The position numbers and the translations under genes are program-made. From Planctomycetota bacterium (GTDB lineage: Bacteria > Planctomycetota > PLA2 > JAEUHO01): 64,000 bases of DNA. The notes under the pieces were generated by a model that was given only the letters and a program-made list of their open reading frames with translations, was not told where the DNA came from and searched no databases. The stretch lies in contig JBFWRP010000010.1 in assembly GCA_050248855.1 (NCBI GenBank), forward strand, positions 32,001 to 96,000, read 5' to 3'. Numbering within the stretch: the first letter of the stretch is position 1; the number at the start of each line of letters is the position of its first letter. Below are positions 54,586 to 63,364 of this stretch, piece by piece.

Positions 54586-55203
54586 TCACGCGTTGGCGTC
54601 GTCGAGAGGCCGCCGACCGCGCAGCGCATCCGTGATGGCGGCCGCATTCTGGTGTTCGATCTGACCGCCGGTGGGAACACCCCGCGCCAAACGGGTGACA
54701 CGGACGGGCAGGTCGGCGAGCGCACGGGCGATGGCGCGTGCGGCGCCATCGCCTTCGAGGTCGGGGTTGGTCGCCAGCACGACCTCGCGCACGCGTCCAT
54801 CGTCGACGCGCGCCCGGAGCGCGTCCAGTCCGATGTCCCCCACGTCGCGCCCCTCCAGCGGCGCAAGCCGCCCGGCCAGGACGAAGTAGCGACCCTCGTA
54901 GCGACCCGTGGCCTCCACGGCGTCGCGGTCGCGCAGGGTCTCGACGACGAGCAGCAGGTCATCGCGCCGCGAGGTGTCGGCGCAGCGCGGACAGGGGTCC
55001 ACCTCGGCCGGCGCGGCGCAGCGGGAGCACGGCTTGAGGCGCGCGCGCGCGGCCCGCAAGGCATCGGCGAGCGCCAGGGCCTCGCTCTCGGGGACGCGCA
55101 GGAGGTGCTCGGCGAGCCGACGCGCGGTCCGTGCCCCGATGCCGGGCAGGCGCTCCAGCGCATCGACGAGCGCGGCGAGGACGGTACCTCCGTCGCGGCT
55201 CAC
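54586..55203 (-). CDS. recR: Recombination mediator RecR
   Basis: LPGIGARTARRLA, C4 Zn finger CSRC...CPRC, EVVLATNPDLEG, TRLARGVPTG; GTGA overlap with dnaX. Confidence 0.95.
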   Translation of the reverse strand: MSRDGGTVLAALVDALERLPGIGARTARRLAEHLLRVPESEALALADALRAARARLKPCSRCAAPAEVDPCPRCADTSRRDDLLLVVETLRDRDAVEATGRYEGRYFVLAGRLAPLEGRDVGDIGLDALRARVDDGRVREVVLATNPDLEGDGAARAIARALADLPVRVTRLARGVPTGGQIEHQNAAAITDALRGRRPLDDANA

Positions 55204-57020
55204 GCGCGCTCGTCCGCGGCGTCGTCCGCGGCCTCGGCGACCGGGCCACCGTGACGCTCGACATGGACGAGGTGGCCCCCGGTGAACTCTGCGACGCGCC
55301 GCACGGCGGGCAGGTCGCGCACGGCTGCGTCGACGACGGCGACCAGCGCAGGCGTGGCCTCGGCACGCACGACGGGTCGCACGCGCCGACCCAGGACGCG
55401 CGGGGCCACTTGGCCGAACGCCGCCTGCGCGCGACTCTGGATGAGCGCCGTGCGCGCCTCGTACGTGCCCCCGTCGACCTCCAGCTCGAGCACGTCTCCG
55501 CGCAGGGCCACGGGACGCGCCCTGCGCAGCACGGCGGCGAGCCGCGCCTCGCGCGCCGACAACGCCTCGACGAGGCGCGGCCAGCGCCGGGCGACGTCCT
55601 CCAGGTCGCTGACCGCCGCCACGACCTCGTCTACGCCGGACGGTCCCGCGTCCGGGACGGGGGCCACGGCGTCCGCGACGGGGGCCACGGCGTCCGCGAC
55701 GGGGGCCACGGCGTCCGCGACGGGGGCCACGGCGTCCGCGACGGGACGCGGCGCCGCCCGTGGCGCGGGCGATGCTTGCGCGGGTCGGGCCGCTGGTGCG
55801 CTCGCCGCGGCGTCGGCGTCGGCCTCGCCCTCGCTGCGCGGCGACGCCGTCGCGCGCTCCCGCGGGCGGGCGCCCTCGCTCCGGCCGGCGAGCGCAGCGA
55901 CCAACGCGTCGACGTCGCGCGCGTCGGGCAGGCGTGCCAGCTCGATGGCCGTGAGCTCGGCGACCAGGGCGCCGTCGGCGCCCTGACGCAGGTGGACACG
56001 CTTGCCGAGCACGACCTCGATGGACTGTGCCAAGCGGGCGACGGGCCGGCCCGCGCGCGCGGCCTCTGCGAGGGCGCCGCGCAGGTGATCGAGCCACTGG
56101 TCCACCAAGACACCGGGTTGGGCGCCGGAGGCGAGGCTGCGGTCGACCGCGTCGAGCGCCGCACCGGCGTCGCCCGCATCGACCGCGGCGAAGAGGGCGT
56201 CCACGTCCGCCGCGGGGGCGCGCCCGCAGAGGTGGTCCAGGTCGGCGCTGGTCAGGGAGGTTCCGGGCGACGCGGCCATGAGCTGCTCGAGCATCGACTC
56301 CGCGTCGCGCAAGCCGCCGCGCGCGGCGCGGGCGATGGCGGGGGCGAGGCCTTCCTCCAGGGTGAGCCCCTCCTGCCGGGCAAGCCACGCCAGGCGCGCC
56401 ACGAGGGCTTCATCGCGGATGGGCCGCAGGTCGACCTTGGTGCAGCGGCTCACGATGGTGTCGGGCAGGCGGTGCAGCTCGGTCGTGCAGAAGAAGAACT
56501 TCACGCGCGGCGGCGGCTCTTCGAGCGTCTTCAGGAACGCGTTGAACGCCGACGAGGACAGCATGTGCACCTCGTCCACGATCCAGATCCGATAGCGCGA
56601 GCGCACGGTGGCATAGCCCACCTGCTCGCGGAGCGCGCGGATGTCGTCGACTTGGTTGTTCGAGGCCGCGTCCATCTCGACGACGTCGAGGTCGGAGCCG
56701 GCGGCGATGTCGCGACACGACGCGCAGACTCCGCACGGCTCGGGCACGCGGACGTCAGCCGCCTCCGCGGGCGACGGGGCCGCGGTCGCCGTTCCGAAAC
56801 CCTCCCCCGGCGCGGGCACCCGGGCCTCGCAGTTGAGTGCGCGGGCCAGGATGCGCGCGGTCGTCGTCTTGCCGACGCCCCGCGGGCCGACGAACAGGTA
56901 CGCTTGGCCGACCCGACCGGTGGCGAGCGCCGTGCCGAGCATGCGCACCACGTGCTCCTGCCCGAAGAGCTCGTCGAAGCGCTGCGGGCGGTAGCGGCGG
57001 CTGAGAATGCGATGGCTCAC
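55200..57020 (-). CDS. dnaX: DNA polymerase III subunit gamma/tau
   Basis: RRYRPQRF, GPRGVGKTT, EMDAASN, DEVHMLS, NAFLKTLEEPP, SRC. Confidence 0.96.
   Translation of the reverse strand: MSHRILSRRYRPQRFDELFGQEHVVRMLGTALATGRVGQAYLFVGPRGVGKTTTARILARALNCEARVPAPGEGFGTATAAPSPAEAADVRVPEPCGVCASCRDIAAGSDLDVVEMDAASNNQVDDIRALREQVGYATVRSRYRIWIVDEVHMLSSSAFNAFLKTLEEPPPRVKFFFCTTELHRLPDTIVSRCTKVDLRPIRDEALVARLAWLARQEGLTLEEGLAPAIARAARGGLRDAESMLEQLMAASPGTSLTSADLDHLCGRAPAADVDALFAAVDAGDAGAALDAVDRSLASGAQPGVLVDQWLDHLRGALAEAARAGRPVARLAQSIEVVLGKRVHLRQGADGALVAELTAIELARLPDARDVDALVAALAGRSEGARPRERATASPRSEGEADADAAASAPAARPAQASPAPRAAPRPVADAVAPVADAVAPVADAVAPVADAVAPVPDAGPSGVDEVVAAVSDLEDVARRWPRLVEALSAREARLAAVLRRARPVALRGDVLELEVDGGTYEARTALIQSRAQAAFGQVAPRVLGRRVRPVVRAEATPALVAVVDAAVRDLPAVRRVAEFTGGHLVHVERHGGPVAEAADDAADERA
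55656..55745. repeat. In-frame 21-bp tandem repeat in dnaX (PVADAVA)n
   Basis: Four perfect copies of GACGGGGGCCACGGCGTCCGC plus a partial copy. Confidence 0.95.
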
Positions 57021-57063
57021 GGCGCGGATCCTACCGAGCCCCGCCGACCACGGGCGAGAGGTC

Positions 57064-57588
57064 CTACAGATCGAACAGCCTGAGCAGGTCTTGCTGCAGG
57101 CGCTCGGCGTCCTCGGGGTCGACGCGCGGGGCGGGCACGCGCACCTCCCCCTCCTCGCGGGGCCAGCGGACCACGAGCTCCGCGCCCTCCTCGCGCACCA
57201 GGTTCAGGCGACGCTTGCGCACGAGGAGCAACGCCAACGTGAGGGCCACGGGCGCCTTCTCGGGGTTGCCCTCCTCCAGCACGCGTTCGAGAAGCTGGCG
57301 CGCGAGGTCCAGGTCCAGCCGGCGGGCGTCCTCGGGCTTCTCTGGCGCCGTGCGCGTGTGCCAGACGCCGAACGCACCCTGGAGCCGCTCCGGCGTCGCC
57401 TCCTCGACGAGGAAGTCGCGCCGCTCGAGCCCGGCCCCGCGCACGCCCTCGGCGTCGTCGGCGGCCTCGGGCAGGGGGAAGAGCGCCGTCACCACCTCGG
57501 TGTCAGGCGGCAGGGGCTGGCCCGAGACGGAGGACATGCGGCCGAGCCGTGCCACCTTCCACACCGGGCGCCCTTGGGGTTGGACCAT
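57064..57588 (-). CDS. Hypothetical protein
   Basis: Globular-looking ORF in the same orientation as its neighbours (WKVAR...RRDF...LALLLVRKRRL). Confidence 0.65.
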   Translation of the reverse strand: MVQPQGRPVWKVARLGRMSSVSGQPLPPDTEVVTALFPLPEAADDAEGVRGAGLERRDFLVEEATPERLQGAFGVWHTRTAPEKPEDARRLDLDLARQLLERVLEEGNPEKAPVALTLALLLVRKRRLNLVREEGAELVVRWPREEGEVRVPAPRVDPEDAERLQQDLLRLFDL

Positions 57589-57647
57589 GCGGGCGTTCTA
57601 CGGACGCCGGCAGACGAAACCAAGAAGGCGTCGGGCGTCGCCGGGCC

Positions 57648-58508
57648 TCACGAGCCCGCGAGCGCCTCTTCGGCCTTGCGACGCACGAACGGGTCGGTGT
57701 CACGCCGCGCCTGCTCCAAGGCCGCGCGGGCCCGCGGGTTGGGCAGTGCGTGCCCCAACCCCTGCACGGCCGCGGCGCGATCCGTCCAGTCGGCGCTCTC
57801 GACGAGGACGCGGATCAGCGCATCCACCGCCTGGTCGGTCCCGATGCGCCCCAGGGCCCAGGCGGCTTGGTGGCGCGTCCCGGGGCGGCCGGTGCGCAGC
57901 ACGTCGTCCCGGGCGAGGAGCGGCACGGCCGGCTCGCCGATGGCCGCGAGCACGGTCGCTGCGTCGCGCCGCGTCGTGTCGTCCATGTCGAGCTGCGTGA
58001 CCGTCTTGAAGGTGGTCTTGCGCGGATCGTCCGGATCCTCGACCTTGACCCGCAGCGGCTCGGTGAGCGGCATCGAGTTCATCACCAGCGGGCGACCGAA
58101 CCACGCAACGGCCACGGGCCCCACGTGACGCGCCTCTTCCGCCACGCGAGCCACTTCGCCCGCATGGCCGCCGAACGACACCGCCCAGAAGTAGCGGAAC
58201 AGGTTCTCGGCGAGCACCTGCTCGGCGGCCTCGCCGCGCGTCAGCCACATGCGGCGTCGCGACGGCCAGAGCGGCGAGCTGCGCAGGAAGTGCTGCCAGG
58301 CATCGGCGAAGATCTGGCGGTCGCTGGCGCTCAGCGCGACCGGCGGAGGGGTGCCGAAGTCCACCGCCGCCGTCCCCGACGCCGCCGCCGCACCGCTCTC
58401 CGCCGTGCCGGTGCCGGTCGCGGCGCCCTCGCCGGGCGGGGCCTGGCAGCCGGCAAGACCCACCACGAGCACCACGACATGGCAGCGACGGGCAAGGAGG
58501 GACCGCAT
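57648..58508 (-). CDS. HEAT-repeat lipoprotein
   Basis: Lipobox LAGC; HEAT-like AAWALGRIG, AAVQGLG, DPFVRRKA. Confidence 0.75.
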   Translation of the reverse strand: MRSLLARRCHVVVLVVGLAGCQAPPGEGAATGTGTAESGAAAASGTAAVDFGTPPPVALSASDRQIFADAWQHFLRSSPLWPSRRRMWLTRGEAAEQVLAENLFRYFWAVSFGGHAGEVARVAEEARHVGPVAVAWFGRPLVMNSMPLTEPLRVKVEDPDDPRKTTFKTVTQLDMDDTTRRDAATVLAAIGEPAVPLLARDDVLRTGRPGTRHQAAWALGRIGTDQAVDALIRVLVESADWTDRAAAVQGLGHALPNPRARAALEQARRDTDPFVRRKAEEALAGS

Positions 58509-58592
58509 GGTGAGGCTCCGGACGTCGCCCCAGGGAACCGGGCGGGCGTCACGGGCCGGTCAGGAGGCCGAGCGCCGCCGCAGGCGCGGCGT

Positions 58593-61500
58593 TCACACGT
58601 CGCTGGCCAGGAGCTCGACGCCCTCGACTTCCTCGGCGCCTCCCAACGCCGCGAGCAGCGCTTCGCTCGGCTGCACGGCCCACGAGGGCCCGGCCCGGAC
58701 CCGCGCGCGCGTCGTGGCATCGGCGGCGAACTCCAGGACGAGAGGCATCGGGCCGCTGTGGGCGACCAGGCGACTGCGCAGGCGCTCGAGGTCGCCGGCC
58801 TCGGTGCGACGCAGCCTGAGCAGCACCCCGCGCGCCAGCTTCAGCGGCGCCTCCTCGATGGGGATCACGGCATCCACGTGGAGGCTCACGGACTCCTCGC
58901 CGGGCTCCGCCTTGCCCTCGACCACGACGATGCGGTCCTCGGCGAGCAGCGACTCGACCTCGGCATAGGTACGCGCGAAGCACACGCACTCGACGCGCCC
59001 GGTGAAGTCCTCGAGATCGAAGAAGGCCATGCGCCGGCCCTCGTTGCGACCTCGTTTGACGAGCGCCAGGCGCAGGCCCCGGATCATGCCGCCCAGGCGG
59101 ACGGGCGTGCGTTCGCCCACGTCGCGCAGATCGGCCGTGCTCGCTCCGGCGAGCACGCGGAGGCGGCGCTCGTGCGCAGCCAGGGGATGGTTGGTGGCGT
59201 AGTAGCCGATGGCCTCCCGCTCGCGAGCGAGGAGATCGCGTTCCGCCCACGGCTCCACGTCGGGCCAATCGGCCTCGGCGTCCGGGGCGTCGTCGGCGCC
59301 GGCTAGCCCGAACAACGAGCCCTGCCGTGCCGCCCGGTCGGCGGCGGCCTCCGCGCCTCGCGCCAGCGCCCGCTCGAGCGCAGCCTGGAGCTGGGCCCGA
59401 TGCACGCCGGGCCGATCCAAGGCACCGGCGCGCACGAGCGCTTCGAGCGTGGCGCGGTTGACGCGCGAGGCGTCGACGCGCTCGCAGAGGTCGTAGAGGT
59501 CCCGGTAGCCGTCGTCGGGACGGCTGGCCACGATCTCGTCGGCCGCGGCGCGGCCGACGCCCTTGACGGCCGACAGGCCGTAGCGGATGTCCTCGCCCTC
59601 GACCAGGAACTCCCAGTCGGACTTGGAGACGTCCGGCGGCAGCACGTGGATGCCCATGCGCCGCGCTTCCTCGATGTACTCCGACAGCTTGTCCATGTCG
59701 GCCATCTCGCAGGTGAGCAGGGCCGCCATGAACTCCTTCGGGTGGTGGCGCTTGAGCCAGGCCGTCTGGTACGCGATCAGACCGTAGGCGACCGTGTGGC
59801 TCTTGTTGAAGCCGTAGGCCGCGAACTCGGCCAGCTGGTCCCACAGCGTCTCGGCCAGGTCCTTGGCAAAGCCCCGCTCCACGCAGCCATCGATGAAGCG
59901 CGCGCGGTAGGGCACGAGCAGCTCGGGCTTCTTCTTGCCCATGGCCTTGCGCAGCTTGTCCGCGTCGGCCAGCGAGAAGCCACCGAGCGCGTTGGCGATG
60001 CGCATGACCTGCTCTTGGTAGACGACGACGCCGCGCGTCTCGCGCAGGATGGGTTCGAGGGAGGGGTGCGCGTAGGTGACCGCCTGGCGCCCCGCCTTGC
60101 GCTCGATGTACATGTCCATCATGCCGGAGTTCATGGGCCCCGGCCGGTAGAGCGCCGTGATGGTGGCGAGGTCGTCGAAGCTCTCGGGGCGGATGCGGCG
60201 CAGGAGCTCGCGCATGCCGGAGCCCTCGACCTGGAACACGCCGAGCGCGTCGCCCTCGCTGAGCATCGCGTAGGTAGCGGGGTCGTCGAGCTCCAGCTTG
60301 TCCATGTCGGGGGGCGTCTGCCCGCCGCGCTCGATGAGCTCGATCGCCTTGGCGATGATCGTGAGCGTCCTCAGGCCCAGGAAGTCCATCTTGAGGAGGC
60401 CGACGAGCTTGTCCTCCAGGACGTCCATGGAGTACTGCGTCGCCAGGTCGTCGCCCACGCGATAGAGCGGGACGTGCTGCGTCAGGGGCCCGTCGGAGAC
60501 CACGATGCCCGCTGCGTGCTTGCCCGGGTTGCGGATGCGGCCCTCGAGCCGGCGCGCGATGTCCACGAGGCTGCGGTAGGACGGGTTGGCGTCGATCTCC
60601 TTGCGCAGGTCGGGATCGCCCTCGAGGGCGCCCTCCAGCGAGGCCCCGGGTCCGTTGGGGATCTTCTTCGCCAGCCGGTCCACGTCGGGAAGCGGCACCT
60701 CCAGGACGCGGCCGACGTCCCGGATGACCGCGCGCGCGGCCATGCGCCCGAACGTGATGATGTGGCTCACGCACTCGGCCCCGCCGTAGCGGTCCTGGAC
60801 GTAGCGGATGACCTGCTCGCGGCCGTCCTTGCAGAAGTCGATGTCGATGTCGGGCATCGAGATGCGGTCCGGGTTGAGGAACCGCTCGAACAGCAGGTCG
60901 TAGGCCAACGGATCGACCGTCGTGATGCCCAGCGCGTAGCTGACGATGCTGCCGGCGGCGCTGCCGCGGCCGGGCCCGACGGGGATGCCGTTGCGCTTGG
61001 CGAAATCCACGAAGTCCCACGTGATCAGGAAGTAGGGCACGAAGCCCATGCGCTCGATCACGCCTTGTTCGTAGGCGAGGCGCTCCGCGACAACGTCCGG
61101 GAGCGGGCTGCCGTACCGGGCCGCGGCCCCTTCCGCGCACAGGTGGCGGAACCACCCCACGTCGTCGTGGCCCGCCGGCGGCTCGTAGCGCGGCAGGTGG
61201 TAGGCCTCGGGGAGCTCCAGCTCGCAGCGGGCCGCGATCTCGACCGTGGCGTCGAGCGCGAACTCCATGTCGCGGAAGCGCGCCGCCATGGTGGGCGTGT
61301 CGTCGAAGGAGAGGATGCCGGCCTGCTCGCCGCGCTCCTGGCGCCGACGCCGACGATCGGCCAACGTCCGTCCCTGGCCGATGCAGACGTGCACCTCGTG
61401 CGCCTCGGCATCTTCGGGCGTGAGGTAGCGCGCACCCTGCGTGGCCACGACCGGCACGCCGGCCCCGAGGGCCACGTCCAGCAACATCTCCCCCAGGGCC

Positions 61501-62051
61501 GCTTCGCCAGAGGCGCCTGTGCGCTGGATCTCGACGTAGTAGCGATCGCCGAAGATGTCGCGCATGCGCTCCATGGCGCGCAGCACGCCGCCCCGGTCGC
61601 CGGCTTGCGCGTAGTGCCCCGGCTCGCCGGCGAACAGGCACGCCGACGTGCAGAGCACGCCCTCGGCGTGGGCCCCGAGCAGCTCCGCGTCCACGCGCGG
61701 GACGTAGTAGAAGCCCTCCGTGAAGCCCTTGCTCGAGAGCGCGAGCAGGTTGCGATAGCCCCGCTCGTCCATCGCCAGCAGGTTGAGGTGATGACCGGCG
61801 ACGGGGTTGCGCTCGCGGTCATGCCGCGACTTGGGCGCGAGGTAGGCGCCGAGCCCGACGAGCGGCTTGAGACCCGCATCCCGGCAGCGGCGCACCAGCT
61901 CGATCGCGCCGCACATGTTCCCGTGGTCGGTCAGTGCGAGCGCGGGCTGCTCGTGACGCGCCGCCGCCTCGACCAGCTCGGCCACCTTCGCCATGCCATC
62001 GAGCATGGAGTGGTCGGAGTGCGTATGGACGTGGACGAACTGGCGCGGCAC
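58593..62051 (-). CDS. dnaE: DNA polymerase III alpha subunit
   Basis: PHP HVHTHSDHSMLDG, GPGRGSAAGS, MPDIDIDF, KMDFLGL, YGFNKSH, OB fold. Confidence 0.98.
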   Translation of the reverse strand: MPRQFVHVHTHSDHSMLDGMAKVAELVEAAARHEQPALALTDHGNMCGAIELVRRCRDAGLKPLVGLGAYLAPKSRHDRERNPVAGHHLNLLAMDERGYRNLLALSSKGFTEGFYYVPRVDAELLGAHAEGVLCTSACLFAGEPGHYAQAGDRGGVLRAMERMRDIFGDRYYVEIQRTGASGEAALGEMLLDVALGAGVPVVATQGARYLTPEDAEAHEVHVCIGQGRTLADRRRRRQERGEQAGILSFDDTPTMAARFRDMEFALDATVEIAARCELELPEAYHLPRYEPPAGHDDVGWFRHLCAEGAAARYGSPLPDVVAERLAYEQGVIERMGFVPYFLITWDFVDFAKRNGIPVGPGRGSAAGSIVSYALGITTVDPLAYDLLFERFLNPDRISMPDIDIDFCKDGREQVIRYVQDRYGGAECVSHIITFGRMAARAVIRDVGRVLEVPLPDVDRLAKKIPNGPGASLEGALEGDPDLRKEIDANPSYRSLVDIARRLEGRIRNPGKHAAGIVVSDGPLTQHVPLYRVGDDLATQYSMDVLEDKLVGLLKMDFLGLRTLTIIAKAIELIERGGQTPPDMDKLELDDPATYAMLSEGDALGVFQVEGSGMRELLRRIRPESFDDLATITALYRPGPMNSGMMDMYIERKAGRQAVTYAHPSLEPILRETRGVVVYQEQVMRIANALGGFSLADADKLRKAMGKKKPELLVPYRARFIDGCVERGFAKDLAETLWDQLAEFAAYGFNKSHTVAYGLIAYQTAWLKRHHPKEFMAALLTCEMADMDKLSEYIEEARRMGIHVLPPDVSKSDWEFLVEGEDIRYGLSAVKGVGRAAADEIVASRPDDGYRDLYDLCERVDASRVNRATLEALVRAGALDRPGVHRAQLQAALERALARGAEAAADRAARQGSLFGLAGADDAPDAEADWPDVEPWAERDLLAREREAIGYYATNHPLAAHERRLRVLAGASTADLRDVGERTPVRLGGMIRGLRLALVKRGRNEGRRMAFFDLEDFTGRVECVCFARTYAEVESLLAEDRIVVVEGKAEPGEESVSLHVDAVIPIEEAPLKLARGVLLRLRRTEAGDLERLRSRLVAHSGPMPLVLEFAADATTRARVRAGPSWAVQPSEALLAALGGAEEVEGVELLASDV

Positions 62052-62119
62052 GCCGCGAAGGTAGGCGCGCCCCGGGACAGGCTGCGTGACTTGGCGGCCT
62101 TCCCTTCGTCGCGCTCGAT

Positions 62120-62336
62120 CGGAAGCAGCGGCTACGGCGGCTACGCGCGCCGCCCCAGCTCGCCGAGTGAACGCACGCCCAACCCCTGCAGGATCAAGCT
62201 ACGGCCGCAGCCAATCGGGTCGTCAGGGCGAAGGTAGCGCGCCACCATCGGCGACGACTCGTGGTCTGCGTCGGCCTGCCTTGGCAGGGCGCGCCGGAGG
62301 TAGCGACCCGAGGAGCCGATGGCGCCGCTGCCGCCG
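62120..62336 (+). ncRNA. Putative structured ncRNA, 6S-like
   Basis: Nested pairings by hand: 62125-32/62324-31, 62140-44/62300-04, 62145-51/62288-94, 62162-65/62272-75, 62171-75/62267-71, a central bubble, then 62198-202/62234-38. Strand and identity are tentative. Confidence 0.45.
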
Positions 62337-62355
62337 AGCATCCGGCGAGCCGCAC

Positions 62356-62381
62356 CTCGATCGACTCAAGCGACGATCGAG
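62356..62381. terminator. Hairpin between the candidate ncRNA and the convergent CDS
   Basis: CTCGATCG-N10-CGATCGAG just past the stop codon at 62389. Confidence 0.35.
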
Positions 62382-62388
62382 TCGCCCG

Positions 62389-63177
62389 CTACTCGGACTT
62401 GCCGAAGACGCGGAGAACCTTGAGCTCGCCGTCGGCGCGCCAGCCTTCGCTGACGAAGGTGATGTGGTCGTCCTCGGCGTGGAACTCGTCGCCCAGGCGC
62501 TCGTAGACCATTTGCCAGTAGCGGTTCTCGCGCACCTCGCGGTACTCGATCTCGGGCGCGGGCAGCTGGCCGTCCTCGGTCTCGGCGCGGATCGCCTCGA
62601 GCAGCTTCTGGTTGCGGTCGTAGTAGACGCTGTCGGCCACGATCTCGGTGTCACCGTACTTCTCGATGCGGAAGATGGCGATCGGGTCGACGAGGCCGTG
62701 CAGCTGGAGGGTGATGCGGTCGTAGAGCGGGTCGACCGGGCCGAAGATGGCGGCCATGCGCAGCGTCTTGCCGTTGGGGAAGAGCCCCACGGTGCTCTCC
62801 AGGCTCACCAAGTCGGGGTCGCGCTCTTCGCGGCGGATCGCCTGCAGGGCGAGCGGGCACCCACCAGCGACGTACGACTTGTCCGTGTCGGTCGCGACCT
62901 TGAAGAGCGGATACCAATGACGACCGTGCCCGGTGGCGTTGGTCACCTCGAGCACCATGTAGTGGTACGAGGTCGTGCCGCCCGCGCCGTCGGGCACGGC
63001 GACGGTCTTGAGCGGCCCGTGCTTCAGGTCCAGGATCCAGCGGGCGCGCGACTCTTCCGCGCGCGCCGTCCCGACGAGGGTCGGGGCGACCAGGCCTGCC
63101 GCGGCGGCGAGGACTGCGAACGCCCCCAGGCAAACGGCCCGGCGAGACGAGCGGACGGACGGGTGACGTTCGGACAT
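62389..63177 (-). CDS. Exported hypothetical protein
   Basis: GGGAGG SD; signal peptide SSRRAVCLGAFAVLAAAAG...ARA (possibly Tat); beta-rich mature part. Confidence 0.7.
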   Translation of the reverse strand: MSERHPSVRSSRRAVCLGAFAVLAAAAGLVAPTLVGTARAEESRARWILDLKHGPLKTVAVPDGAGGTTSYHYMVLEVTNATGHGRHWYPLFKVATDTDKSYVAGGCPLALQAIRREERDPDLVSLESTVGLFPNGKTLRMAAIFGPVDPLYDRITLQLHGLVDPIAIFRIEKYGDTEIVADSVYYDRNQKLLEAIRAETEDGQLPAPEIEYREVRENRYWQMVYERLGDEFHAEDDHITFVSEGWRADGELKVLRVFGKSE

Positions 63178-63364
63178 GGCGGAACCGGCCTCCCTCGGCG
63201 TGATGAACGGGTGAAGATACCCACGGCCGCCCCTGGGCGGCAAGCATCCGGCCCCCAGGTGGCGCATCGGTCTGCCCGACGGGACGGGCTGCCTGACGGG
63301 AACCTGCGCACGGTCCCGGCTTGGCGGCCCACCTCCGCGGCCGGCCGGGCCCGGGCAGGAGTCG

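Noticed and set aside
55656..55745. Tandem repeats as a possible CRISPR array (also 32571-32615)
   Set aside because: No spacers between units and no cas genes; the dnaX repeat is in-frame coding sequence.
55200..57063. dnaX programmed frameshift, or SRP RNA upstream of dnaX
   Set aside because: No A-rich slippery run was seen, and the upstream gap is only about 40 nt.
58593..62051. Intein or split in dnaE
   Set aside because: Length is normal (1152 aa) and the motifs are contiguous.
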